Shown here: positions 20,989-29,456 of the stretch, piece by piece
Layout of the letters: each line of letters opens with the position of its first letter
Numbering within the stretch: position 1 is the first letter of the stretch
Origin: Thermoplasmata archaeon
Lineage (GTDB): Archaea; Thermoplasmatota; Thermoplasmata; Lutacidiplasmatales; UBA184
Assembly (NCBI GenBank): GCA_030037735.1
Contig: JASHQC010000088.1
Span: 1-51,617, forward strand
Reading direction: 5' to 3'
DNA: 51,617 nt
Translations under genes and position numbers: made by a program
Notes under the pieces: generated by a model
Database searches by the model: none
What the model was told of the DNA's origin: nothing
Seen by the model: the letters and a program-made list of their open reading frames with translations, nothing else

Positions 20989-21595
20989 CATGGCACCTCG
21001 CGCCGCCGGATTCTGCATTTGGCTCACGGGGCTCCCGAGCGCCGGGAAGACCACCATCGCCCACGAGCTGACGCCGCTGCTTCGGGCCCGCGGTTGGTAC
21101 GCCGAACTGCTCGACGGGGACGAGATCCGGAAGGGACTGAGCGCGGACCTCGGGTTTGATCGGAAATCCCGCGAAACGCACGCCGGCCGGGTCGCGTTCG
21201 TCGCGAAGCTACTGGCGCGGAACGGGGCCATTCCGCTGGTCGCTCTCATCTCCCCGTACCGGACCTCGCGGGCCAAAGCCCGGACCGAGATCGGTCGTTT
21301 TGTCGAGGTGTATGTCAACACCCCATTGGACGTCTGCGAGCAGAGGGATGTGAAGGGGCTCTACAAGCGGGCGCGGGCGGGCGAGATCAAGGACATGACG
21401 GGCGTCGACGATCCCTACGAACCCCCGGAGGCCCCGGATCTCGTCGTCGATGCGGTGAGAAACAGCCCCCGTGAGTCGGCGGTGTACATCGTCCGGGAGC
21501 TCGAACGCCAGGGTTGGCTTCCTCCGGCCAGTCCGACCGACCTCCCGGTGGGATTTCCCGAGTCCTCCCCTTCTCGCTCCTGGGCCACGCCATAG
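20989..21595 (+). CDS. cysC: Adenylyl-sulfate (APS) kinase
   Basis: IWLTGLPSAGKTT, LDGDEIR, ISPY, RDVKGLY, TGVDDPYEPP. Start approximate (MAPRAAGF). Confidence 0.95.
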
Positions 21596-21673
21596 GCCAC
21601 GGGGTCCGGTGGGGGGCAAGGTTCCTGTGTTCGGAAAGTCCCTCTCCCTGTCCCGCGGCGGGGGCCGCAATCC

Positions 21674-22504
21674 GTGATGGCCGTCCCCGGTCCCTCCTCT
21701 CGCGCCGCCCCCGAAGCGCTCCGGGGGGGCGGCCCTCGCCTCCAGATCCTGCTCGATTTCGACGGGACGCTCGTCGAACCGAACGTTGCGATCGTTCTCG
21801 TCGAGCGGTTCTGCCCCGATGGCCAGCGAGTGGCCCACGAGATCGACCAAGAGCTGCACGCCGGACACATCACCTTACGCGAGGCCTGGGCCCGTCAAGT
21901 CGCGTTGCTTCCCCCGTCCCGCCTCCACGAAATGACCGACTTCGTGGCCCGGGAAGTCCCTCTACGTCGTGGCGCCCGGCGGTTGCTCGGGCTTCTCCGC
22001 GAGCACAACGTCCCGACCGCGATCGTGTCCGGTGGACTCGAATTCTTCATTCGCCCGGTGCTGGCGCGCGAAGGGCTCGAGTACCCGCTGTTCGCCGACG
22101 GAATCGAATACGACGGGGAGGCGCGGCTCCGCGTCGTGCACCCGTACGGGCATCCGACGTGCCGGCTCTGCGGCATCTGCAAGGCCAACGTGGCCCTACG
22201 CTTCGGCGCGCCAGGGGTCTCGACGGTCTTCATCGGGGACGGGAGCACGGACAAGTACGCCGCCGAAGTGGCGGAGATCGTCTTCGCCCGACATCGCCTC
22301 CAGGAGTACTGTGCCCGGGCCAACGTCCCTTTCTTCCCGTTCGACGATTTTGACCCTGTGACGAACCGGCTGGAAGGATGGCTCACGGGGGTCCATCCGC
22401 TGCCGCCTCCTCGTTCCCGGGGGCTTGCCACAAGCGCCTGCCCGATTTCTCAGGAACTCTCCCGGAGTCCCCCCCGAGACGTGGGGCAGGGTGTGGTCCG
22501 CTAG
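21674..22504 (+). CDS. HAD-IB phosphatase, MtnX-like
   Basis: DFDGT, IVSGG, C..CGICK, FIGDGSTD. Confidence 0.85.
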   Translation: MMAVPGPSSRAAPEALRGGGPRLQILLDFDGTLVEPNVAIVLVERFCPDGQRVAHEIDQELHAGHITLREAWARQVALLPPSRLHEMTDFVAREVPLRRGARRLLGLLREHNVPTAIVSGGLEFFIRPVLAREGLEYPLFADGIEYDGEARLRVVHPYGHPTCRLCGICKANVALRFGAPGVSTVFIGDGSTDKYAAEVAEIVFARHRLQEYCARANVPFFPFDDFDPVTNRLEGWLTGVHPLPPPRSRGLATSACPISQELSRSPPRDVGQGVVR

Positions 22505-22526
22505 GCCGTGGTGGCAAATCCGGGGG

Positions 22527-24032
22527 TTACGATCGGACCTGGCCCCAGCCGATTCTCGGGCCCGACCCTCCCGGGGGGCGGGATCGAGGGTTCGTTGGCG
22601 CGGATTCGGACTCGTGAACATCGTGGAGTTCCTCGTCCGTCTCTTGGACCGAAATCCCGTTAGCCTGCAAGAAGGTCGAGCGTACCCCCCGGTCATCGGT
22701 GTACAGTTTGGCCGCGAGGTCGCGAATCGGATCGAGGAGGTCGCCGGGGCTCTTCGGCGAAGGCAGATAGCCCCCGCTGCGCGCGGCGGGCGTGGGAGAC
22801 GGGCCCGTTCCCGGGGGCCTGTCGTACATTTCGCGACCCGGCATCTGCACATAGAGCGCCCGACGGCCCCGGCCGAGCCGGATGACCGGACCCACGTGCC
22901 CGCTCGAGGGAACCGGCGGGTTGAGGACCGACGTCGTCGGAGCACGGCTCCCTCCGGACGTAGCCACGGGCGGGGAAGCAGGACCAGGGAGAGGAGCGGG
23001 GAGGGGAGGCTCGGGTCGCACGACCACCCGGGGTCGAAGTCCGCTTCGTTCGAGAAGGAACGCCACCGCGTGGGCATCGGGCTCTTGCGATGGCGGGGTG
23101 ACGAGGATCAGGTCCCCCCCGCCCACCAACGCGGTCACTAGGAGATCTCGGATGACTGCCGGTAGGGAGGACGTGGCGGGAGGCGCCGCCTGCAACGACT
23201 TGTGGCCGTGGCGGATGATGCTGAGCAGGATCCGAATCCCGTCCGAGACCGCGTGGAGCTTCGGCTCTCCGACCCGCTCGCCGTACGGGATGGGGATCTG
23301 AAAGATTGTCCAGCCGGCCCGCTGGCCCTTGAGGAACAGCTCCGCCTCGATGCCGAAGTCGTGGGACAGAATGTTGAGCTCCCGGGCCCGCTCGACCTGG
23401 ACTCCCCAGAAGCCGCTGCACACGTCCAGAATTCGGGAGCGGCTGACCTGGCCCGCGACGAAATTGAGCAACGCGTTCCCGATCCGATGCACCAGCTCCC
23501 GGGTGTTCCGGGGGGGGCCGGTCCCCGTTTGTCGCACACCGACCACGAGATGACTGCCGGCATCCAGGAGTTCCAGCGTGGGCAGAACCGACTTTCCGGG
23601 GTACGACCCATCGGCGTCGAGCACCACCGCGAACTGAACGTTCCTTTCGGCGAGCCAGTCGAGCGCCTCCCGAATCGCCCCTCCTTTTCCGTGGCTCTTC
23701 TGACGGAGCACCGGGACGCCCCAGGAAGCGGCCACCTCGGTGGTGCGGTCGATCGACCCACCGTCAACGACCAAAGGTCGCACCCGCCACCCGGCGGCCG
23801 CGAGTCGCTTGAAAGGAATGCTGAGGAGGGTCTGGGAGAGCCCGGCCTCCTCGTTCAGCGCCGGTAGGATGATCGCGGCGTTCGCCTCCTCGAACGAGCC
23901 GGCCATCACGAACGGGGAAGTGGAGTCCTGGCTCAAAAACGGGGCGGTCGATTCGGGCCGATGATCAGCTCGCCCCTCAATGACGTATAACGGAACCGAG
24001 GCGCTAGAAAATGATTCATCGATGGTTGCCAT
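22527..24032 (-). CDS. Glycosyltransferase family 2 (polyprenol-phosphate glycosyltransferase-like) with long C-terminal extension
   Basis: ILPALNEE, VVDGGSIDRT, GKGGA, LDADGSY, DVCSGF, FGIEAEL, YGERVGEPKL. Confidence 0.85.
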   Translation of the reverse strand: MATIDESFSSASVPLYVIEGRADHRPESTAPFLSQDSTSPFVMAGSFEEANAAIILPALNEEAGLSQTLLSIPFKRLAAAGWRVRPLVVDGGSIDRTTEVAASWGVPVLRQKSHGKGGAIREALDWLAERNVQFAVVLDADGSYPGKSVLPTLELLDAGSHLVVGVRQTGTGPPRNTRELVHRIGNALLNFVAGQVSRSRILDVCSGFWGVQVERARELNILSHDFGIEAELFLKGQRAGWTIFQIPIPYGERVGEPKLHAVSDGIRILLSIIRHGHKSLQAAPPATSSLPAVIRDLLVTALVGGGDLILVTPPSQEPDAHAVAFLLERSGLRPRVVVRPEPPLPAPLPGPASPPVATSGGSRAPTTSVLNPPVPSSGHVGPVIRLGRGRRALYVQMPGREMYDRPPGTGPSPTPAARSGGYLPSPKSPGDLLDPIRDLAAKLYTDDRGVRSTFLQANGISVQETDEELHDVHESESAPTNPRSRPPGGSGPRIGWGQVRS

Positions 24033-24125
24033 CTAGTGCTCACATCCGTTCGGCCAATGCCGCCACCGAGCGTCTCACAGGACGGCGGACTTGACCGAGA
24101 GCAGAGATCCGGTCCGTGCCGATCT

Positions 24126-24153
24126 CACATGAAATTACGTCCAAGCCAAAAGT
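24126..24153 (-). promoter_or_regulatory. Shared upstream motif, copy D (ACTTTTGGCTTGGACGTAATTTCATGTG)
   Basis: Matches copies at 28405 and 29265; lies about 94 nt upstream of the GT2 ATG at 24032. Confidence 0.5.
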
Positions 24154-24559
24154 GCTCACCCGCGAGCGGCTGCGAGCCCCCGACGTATAACCCCCCTGCA
24201 GCGGCAAGGCTGAGACCCGGAGTGGGCCCGTAGGAACAACCCCCTAATAGACGTTCGTGCGACTCGTTACTAGCTCAAGCACAACCCGAAAGCATTCCGA
24301 CAGGTCCCGGATCTCCCCGAAACCGTCGAGCTCCGGTGAGGGGCGGGGGGGCCCCATAAATGTAAGGGAATTCTTTCCCGCTGAGACCCGGCGGCTGCGG
24401 GGGACGGGTAGCCGACTACCAAAACCCATCCGAAGCGAGGATGGAGTTCCCTCCTCCCCGCGGGCTGTCTCAATGGCCTCGACTCGTCCGAGGTTTCTCA
24501 GCAGAGGCGGCCGCGGAGGAACGGGGCAGAATCGTCTCCGAATGGGCCCGGAAGCGGGA

Positions 24560-24587
24560 AAATTTGCATTGGACAAAGGCGTATTTG
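24560..24587 (+). promoter_or_regulatory. Shared upstream motif, copy C (AAATTTGCATTGGACAAAGGCGTATTTG)
   Basis: TTGGACAAAG..ATTTG core identical to copy A; about 66 nt upstream of ATG 24653. Confidence 0.4.
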
Positions 24588-24652
24588 TCGCGAGCCGGAC
24601 TTGCACCGTCAGCTGGAGCCCGAGGGGGGAGGGGGACGGGAGACCCAATCGG

Positions 24653-26215
24653 ATGAAAGTTAGCGCCTGGAGTCTGGCGGCACTGGCTGTTGGCCTAACC
24701 ATTGCGCTGCTGGTGACTTCGTTCAGCGTTTCGACGATGTCCCCCGGAGTACCAGAGGGCCCTTCGGCCATTACCCCCCTTGACACCGCCACCGGTGCCG
24801 TGGTCGTAGGGGCCTTCTCACTCGCGACCCCAGCCCCGGCGGCATTCTGGGGCGTCAATGTTGCCGCCGCTCAGCGGTTCGATGCTGCCGATGCTGCCGC
24901 CGTCGCCGCGACCCCTGTGACCTACATCCGGTTCCCCGCCGGGGTACTCGGGGAGGAGTTCAACTACACTTCGGGGGTAATCACAGGTCAATCGGGTTCA
25001 CGGAGCGATGCCACTACCAGTACCAAAGAGTTCGTCGCCTCTTGCAAGACGATAGCCTGTCGAGCGATCCTGCAGCTGCCGGCGGAAATTGACTCCCCGG
25101 CGACCGCCGCGTACTACGCCAGCTACGTGGTCCATACCTTGGGATACCAACCGGCCTACTGGGAGATCGGAAACGGTCCCGCCGGTTGGACCCATTTCGA
25201 TCTCCCATGGTCCGAGTGGAAGTCCAAAGGCGGGGGGAACGCCACCCCTCTCCAGTTCGCCAATCTCGTTCATGCCTACATCCAGGCCGTCCTCAAGGTC
25301 GACCCAGCCGCTCAGTTCATCGCGCTGGGCGCCGGGATGGGGGCCAAGGACTATTCCAAGCCATGGGTCGAGGAGCTCGCCAAGGTAGATGGGAGCGAGC
25401 TGGCCGGAATCTCCGTTCACTCCTACGTCGAGGGAGGCCCCTCCCATCCAACGGACGCCGAACTGTTTGCGAACCTGAACGGAATCTACTCCCTCCCGGC
25501 CCAGGTCTCCGCCGATCGGTCGTACATCACGGCCGCCTGCCCGAGCTGCACAAAGCTCCAGATCTTCGTCTCCGAGATCAATGCCGCCGAAGCGAGCCCG
25601 TACAGCAAGCTTCTCCCGACGTTTGCCGGGACACTGTATCTCGCCGTGGAGACGGTCCAGGGACTGTCGCTCCATGTGGCCAACCTCGACTGGTTTGCCT
25701 ACGACAGCGACTACCAGGGGTCCTGGTCCCGGCACCCGATGGACTGGCAAATGCAGTACTTTCTGTTCAGTGACCTGCTGACCCATTTGTACCCTGACAC
25801 GCTCCCCACGACGGTGACGGGACCCTCGACCCTGTATGGGATCGCGACGTACGACCGGTCCGGCCTCGCCCTGCTCTTGGTGAATGTCGACACCTCGACC
25901 GCCGTGACCGTCAATATTGCCTCGGCAGGGTTTATCCTGGGTCGTGCCGACGTCACGCAGTACTCGTGGCAGGATGGCGCCCACGAGCCCACCAAGGCCT
26001 CCGTCGCGCTATCGAGCACCGTGAAGGTCCCGGCCATGTCGATCGTCCTATTGACCGTCGAGTCGGCCGGCATGAAGTCTCCCGCGTCCGGGAGCGAACC
26101 CGCTTCAGTGGTGATCACCCCAGTCGGTCCGCCCCGGACGTTCGAGCTGGTTTCGGGGTCGGAGGGCCTCACGGCCCCCGCGACGTTTGCGATCTCTAGC
26201 CGGGCCGACACCTAG
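24653..26215 (+). CDS. Secreted GH-A-like protein (paralog 3) lacking the acid/base glutamate
   Basis: Signal peptide MKVSAWSLAALAVG; FWGVN, IRFPAG, LPAEID, YWEIGNGP (NEP in the paralogs), ISVHSY, IFVSEIN. Confidence 0.78.
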   Translation: MKVSAWSLAALAVGLTIALLVTSFSVSTMSPGVPEGPSAITPLDTATGAVVVGAFSLATPAPAAFWGVNVAAAQRFDAADAAAVAATPVTYIRFPAGVLGEEFNYTSGVITGQSGSRSDATTSTKEFVASCKTIACRAILQLPAEIDSPATAAYYASYVVHTLGYQPAYWEIGNGPAGWTHFDLPWSEWKSKGGGNATPLQFANLVHAYIQAVLKVDPAAQFIALGAGMGAKDYSKPWVEELAKVDGSELAGISVHSYVEGGPSHPTDAELFANLNGIYSLPAQVSADRSYITAACPSCTKLQIFVSEINAAEASPYSKLLPTFAGTLYLAVETVQGLSLHVANLDWFAYDSDYQGSWSRHPMDWQMQYFLFSDLLTHLYPDTLPTTVTGPSTLYGIATYDRSGLALLLVNVDTSTAVTVNIASAGFILGRADVTQYSWQDGAHEPTKASVALSSTVKVPAMSIVLLTVESAGMKSPASGSEPASVVITPVGPPRTFELVSGSEGLTAPATFAISSRADT

Positions 26216-26268
26216 GGCCCCCCCTGCCGTTCGAAACCGATATCCCGCCGACGGCGTTCCGGGCCGCC

Positions 26269-27807
26269 GTGGCCGAGTTCGACGCCGTGGTCCTCGGCGC
26301 CGGCCACAACGGACTGACCTGTGCCGCCTACCTCGCGAAGGCCGGACTGAACGTCTGCGTCCTCGAACGCCGGTCGATTCCTGGCGGCGCGACGATCACG
26401 GAGGAGCTCTGGCCCGGAATTCGCGTCTCCCGCGCAAGCTACGTTCCGGGTCTCATGGACAAGATCGTCTCGGACCTCGACCTCGTCCGGCACGGACTCG
26501 AACTCCACCCCGTGGATCCGCAGAACTTCGCGCCGTTCCCGAGCGGTCGTCACCTGTTCACGTATCTCTCCGACGAGCGTTGCCAGAGAGAACTGGCCCG
26601 CTTGTCAGCGAAGGATGCCGCGGCGTTCCCTCGATTCTCCCGGTTCCTCCGCCAATTCGCCGAAACGGTCGAGCCGCTCCTCTTGAGCCCGCCGCCGGAG
26701 TTGAGTGACCTGCTCGGCTTCTTCGAGGGAACCCAGCTCGAAGAGGTGGCCCGCCAGATCCTCCTCACCAGCTGCGCCGATCTGCTTCGGGAGACCTTCG
26801 AGTCGGAGGAGGTACGCGGCGCCTTCGCCATGAACGGCGTCCTCAACACCAGTATGGGACCGGATACGATCGGCACTTCGTACATCCTCGCCATGGCGCT
26901 CGGCAAGCGGGGGTACGATTACGCCGTCGGCGGCACGGGGGCGGTCTCCCGGGCCCTGGCCGCCTCGTTCGCGAGTCATGGGGGCGCGCTGTTCACCAAT
27001 TCGCCAGTGAAGCGAATCCTGGTATCCGACGGCCACGCCACGGGGGTCGAGCTCGCCGATGGGAAGCGGATCGCCGCCCGCCTCGTCGTGTCGAACGCCG
27101 ACCCCAAGCGGACGTTCCTCGACCTGCTCGAGCCGGGAACGCTCGACAGCGGGTTCGTGCACCGGGTGTCCAAGCTGCGGGCCTTCGGGACATCCCTCAA
27201 GATCAATCTCGCCCTTCGGGGCCCGCTCGAATTCCAGGCCCTTCCCGGCAAGGAGATCGGGCCCCAGCACCAGGCCCTGACCGACATCGGCCCTTCCCTG
27301 GACTACATTCAGAAGGCCTACGACGCCGCGAAGTGGGGAAGGTTGCCGGAGGAGCCTCCACTCAGCATCTTCTGTCAGACCGCCTGGGATGCCACGATGG
27401 CGCCCCCGGGGGTCCACACCCTCAGCATCATCGCAAAGTACAATCCCTATGTTCTCGCCACGGGCCGCTGGGACGACCTCAAGGAACGGGCGGTCGAGAA
27501 CGCCCTGAACGTACTAGAGCGCTATGCTCCCGGCACTCGGGCCCGAATCCTTCACCTGGAGGCGCTCACGCCGCTGGACCTCGAGAACCTGATCGGCCTC
27601 ACGGAGGGGAACGTCACCCACCTCGACCAGACGCTCAACCAGATGCTCTCCTTCCGCCCCTTGTTGGGATGGGCCCATTACCGAACGCCGGTCGAGGGGC
27701 TCTATCTCTGCGGGGCTGGGACGCACCCCGGCGGAGGCGTCAAGGGCGCTCCGGGCCACAACGCGGCGCATGTCATTTTGGAGGACCTGGGCCCCTCGGC
27801 GGGATGA
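26269..27807 (+). CDS. Phytoene dehydrogenase-like FAD-dependent oxidoreductase
   Basis: LGAGHNGL..AAYL, ERR..PGG, C-terminal YRTPVEGLYLCGAGTHPGGGV.GAPGHNAA. Confidence 0.9.
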   Translation: MAEFDAVVLGAGHNGLTCAAYLAKAGLNVCVLERRSIPGGATITEELWPGIRVSRASYVPGLMDKIVSDLDLVRHGLELHPVDPQNFAPFPSGRHLFTYLSDERCQRELARLSAKDAAAFPRFSRFLRQFAETVEPLLLSPPPELSDLLGFFEGTQLEEVARQILLTSCADLLRETFESEEVRGAFAMNGVLNTSMGPDTIGTSYILAMALGKRGYDYAVGGTGAVSRALAASFASHGGALFTNSPVKRILVSDGHATGVELADGKRIAARLVVSNADPKRTFLDLLEPGTLDSGFVHRVSKLRAFGTSLKINLALRGPLEFQALPGKEIGPQHQALTDIGPSLDYIQKAYDAAKWGRLPEEPPLSIFCQTAWDATMAPPGVHTLSIIAKYNPYVLATGRWDDLKERAVENALNVLERYAPGTRARILHLEALTPLDLENLIGLTEGNVTHLDQTLNQMLSFRPLLGWAHYRTPVEGLYLCGAGTHPGGGVKGAPGHNAAHVILEDLGPSAG

Positions 27808-28119
27808 GACGGGAACCGAAGCCCGGGTCGGGTAACTTCGGCGGGCGGTTCGTCGTTCCCCCAGGCGGTGCGACGCCGTGGCCCGAGCCATGCTCCTGCT
27901 CATTCGGACGGGGTGTGGAGTGGGTCGATCCCCGGCGGTCAGAGCGGAGCGACGGGGCAGGGCCTTGCGGCGGAAATGCCCCGGACGCGGGTGGAGGGAA
28001 AGGCCGCACTTCCCGGGAGTCGACGGGTCCGAACTCCCCGACCGTTCCAGGAGCACCAGGGGTATGATTGGGGACTCCATTCGCTTCTTCGGCGCTCGCT
28101 CGCTGGGCGACGCCCGCAT

Positions 28120-28320
28120 CTGGTAGGCTAGGTAGGATAGGAGAGCGCCGACCACCGCGAGGACGGCCACCACCCCGAGGCTACTCGCGGCCCCGAGTGC
28201 ATGGCGGAGCACGAGGTCCATCGCCTCGAATGCGACTGCGATCACCCCACCGACGAAGACCAACGCGCCGCCCACGACAGGAAGGAGGCGTCCAACCGCG
28301 GCGATATACGAAGTCGGCAG
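28120..28320 (-). pseudogene. Degenerate or truncated paralog of the adjacent small membrane protein
   Basis: Frame reads LPTSYIAAVGRLLPVVGGALVFVGGVIAVAFEAMDLVL..VAVLAVVGALLSYLAY, matching the N-terminal half of 28778..29176. GGAGG is followed by CTG at the expected start, and similarity is lost after AY. Confidence 0.55.
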
Positions 28321-28404
28321 CGCTTCCTCCGGCCGCTGTTCGATGGACCCCGGTGGTCCCGCAAGGGGCCCTGTGGGACTGGCCTCGGGTTTTTCGCGCT
28401 ACTC

Positions 28405-28432
28405 CATATCAAGCTATGTCCAACGTGAAAGT
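28405..28432 (-). promoter_or_regulatory. Shared upstream motif, copy B (ACTTTCACGTTGGACATAGCTTGATATG)
   Basis: 18 of 21 nt identical to copy A in the core; about 85 nt upstream of the paralog's CTG. Confidence 0.55.
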
Positions 28433-28777
28433 TGTCGTTGCGTCGCAACACCGAGCTCGCCCGGCGCGGCCGGGTCGATCGCCCCTCTTCTCGGTGGATC
28501 GATCCGCCCAATCCCGCCTCTCCGTTCCGGGGAGCGGGTCGGTTGTTGGATTCTTACTCCCACCCGCGCGCGGAACGAGGCAGTTTCTTGCCCAAGTCGG
28601 TAGGGACCCGAGCTCGGCCCCACCAACAGCACAAGATTACTCATCTTGAGGCGACAGCCTTCGCGGCGCTGAGTTTCTTGGAACACCCGGGGTAACTCGG
28701 TTTGTCCGAGGGGAAGGTTCGGGAAGGGGTTACGCGCCACCGCGGGAGGTGGACGGGGAGGGGCGACAGGCACCGCC

Positions 28778-29176
28778 TCATGCGGTCGACGCGACCTCTC
28801 GGAAGGCCTTCTGGCCCGGCTCGATCAGGTACAGCGCCCCCGCCACGATCGCCAAGATGCCGCCCACGAGGGCCAGCGCGTTCGCGCCGAGGTCCGTCAC
28901 GCCCCAGCTGATCAAGGCGAGGAGCACGAGAAGGACCCCGCTCACGACGGGCTTGTCCTTCCATTCGTGCTCACCCATATAGGCAAACAGCAGGACGAGG
29001 CCGCCCAGGACCACCAACACGGCGGTTTCGCTGAATGCTCCCATCGCGCCGGCGGTGCGTCCGAGGATCAGGTCTGCGACCCCGATGGCGGCGGCGACTA
29101 CTCCACCTACCGTGAGAAGCGCCCCACCGATGAGGCCTAGCAGATGGCCCATCCCACGTTCGGTAACATTTTCCAT
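28778..29176 (-). CDS. Small Gly-rich four-TM membrane protein, 132 aa
   Basis: Strong SD GGAGGTGA before ATG 29176; four hydrophobic segments. Confidence 0.8.
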   Translation of the reverse strand: MENVTERGMGHLLGLIGGALLTVGGVVAAAIGVADLILGRTAGAMGAFSETAVLVVLGGLVLLFAYMGEHEWKDKPVVSGVLLVLLALISWGVTDLGANALALVGGILAIVAGALYLIEPGQKAFREVASTA

Positions 29177-29264
29177 TCGTTTCTCACCTCCCTCAGTGCG
29201 CTCCACCCGGGCCCCGTTCGAAGGGGCCTCGGACGGGCAGGCCGAGTTGTCCTCCGGCCCGCCC

Positions 29265-29292
29265 CAAATCAAACTTTGTCCAACCCCAAACT
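29265..29292 (-). promoter_or_regulatory. Shared upstream motif, copy A (AGTTTGGGGTTGGACAAAGTTTGATTTG)
   Basis: About 89 nt upstream of ATG 29176; matches three other intergenic sites. Confidence 0.55.
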
Positions 29293-29456
29293 TCCGCGAT
29301 TGGCGAAGGGCCCAAGGGGGAAGGGAAATTGCCAAGAGGCCGATTGTGGGTCGTTCTAGGGATTGCCACGTAGGCGCAGCGAATCCCCTGCACCGACGTT
29401 AGAGAATATGATATAGCGAGGTCTCAGGAAACCCGCGCCACGTGGAGGAACCCCGG

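Noticed and set aside
19603-21595. sat as evidence of dissimilatory sulfur metabolism
   Set aside because: It is paired with APS kinase and a sulfotransferase, and no aprAB, qmo or dsr genes are in the window.
24200-24250. TPP riboswitch-like words (GCTGAGA, CCCG, CGTAGGAA)
   Set aside because: The ACCTG and TAAT/P5 elements are missing, the spacing is too short, and no thiamine gene lies downstream.
26269-27807. Calling the oxidoreductase crtI (carotenoid pathway)
   Set aside because: No crtB, crtE or crtY nearby; the motifs fit the broad phytoene-dehydrogenase-like family of unknown substrate.
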